DNA of 63,732 bases, the filler included, from Octopus bimaculoides (Eukaryota), in NCBI RefSeq assembly GCF_001194135.2. It is 4 parts of 4 records of this genome, joined end to end, with 100 filler letters (N's around TTAATTAATTAA, not from the genome) between each part and the next. Parts side by side here need not be neighbours in the genome. Positions count along the whole stretch, not along the records: positions 61,392 to 63,732 come from NW_026346626.1; 3 more parts are not named here. The stretch is one strand, 5' to 3'. Under the pieces are notes generated by a model. That model made no database searches, was not told the origin of the DNA, and worked only from the letters and a program-made list of their open reading frames with translations. The translations under genes were made by a program, and so were the position numbers. Positions 63,223 through 63,732 of the stretch are shown here, one piece after another (position 1 is the stretch's first letter; the number at the start of each line of letters is the position of its first letter).

Positions 63223-63732
63223 TAACATATATTCTTATAATGTTAAAGTATATATAAATATATTTTTATATTGATTGTATATTTATAATTTTCAGAAATA
63301 ACATCATGTATGTCTATATACACACAACCATTTAATACAGACATAAATTTATGTGTATGTGTGTGGGTGTGAACATATGTCTGTTTGTGTGTGTGTGAGA
63401 GAGTATAATTTATATATGCACGCATCATTCAATAGGAATATACACAACCACCATCTGAGTTATAGATAGCGATGCTTACCTAACTATTATATACTCGTTT
63501 AATAAGTATAATTTAAAAACAAAATAACAGAAAAAAAAAACGAAACACAAAAATATTTAAAATTATAAAAGAATTACATGTGCAAAAAGAAAATATAAAA
63601 AAAAATAAACGTAAATTTAGAAACGCTTGAAATGAAAGAATAATTGATTTTAATTAAGCAATTAATAACTGATTATGTATTTTAGCTGTTTTAGTCTTGT
63701 GTAGTTCCTGTATTATATTTCGTCTGTCTGTG

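Noticed and set aside
1877-63257. Long ORFs consisting mostly of X
   Set aside because: They exist only because N gaps contain no stop codons

Overview
AT-rich, microsatellite-dense animal genomic DNA from a gapped draft scaffold. The repeat repertoire suggests an octopus genome, which is an inference. Only one host coding exon is supportable: a Distal-less (Dll/Dlx) homeobox exon at 61787-61968 (+), with an intact AG acceptor and a GT donor at the canonical Q44/V45 homeodomain intron position. Neither exon 1 nor exon 3 is visible, so the upstream ~61 kb is either a giant intron or upstream regulatory DNA. The rest is a transposon graveyard. It holds several tRNA-derived SINE families (labelled A-H here, local names) with swapped 3' tails, and hAT, piggyBac and Tc1-type MITEs. 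It also holds two DD34D mariners, a DD37D/maT-like element, a Tc1-like element with ~560-bp terminal inverted repeats and nested insertions, an RTE LINE fragment, and at least five Penelope-like element (PLE) fragments. The most notable hidden signal is a set of minimal type I hammerhead ribozyme motifs with palindromic stem III, the dimer-cleaving PLE type. Two have an intact CUGAAGA core (43305-43345 and 57753-57798, both minus strand), one family has a shared CCGANGA core variant, and several are decayed relics. Other signals are several long fold-back structures, a degenerate ~60-bp minisatellite with higher-order structure, a promoter-like motif cluster, and a candidate poison 3' splice site just upstream of the Dll exon. 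Coordinates of decayed repeats are approximate, and no database searches or computations were run.
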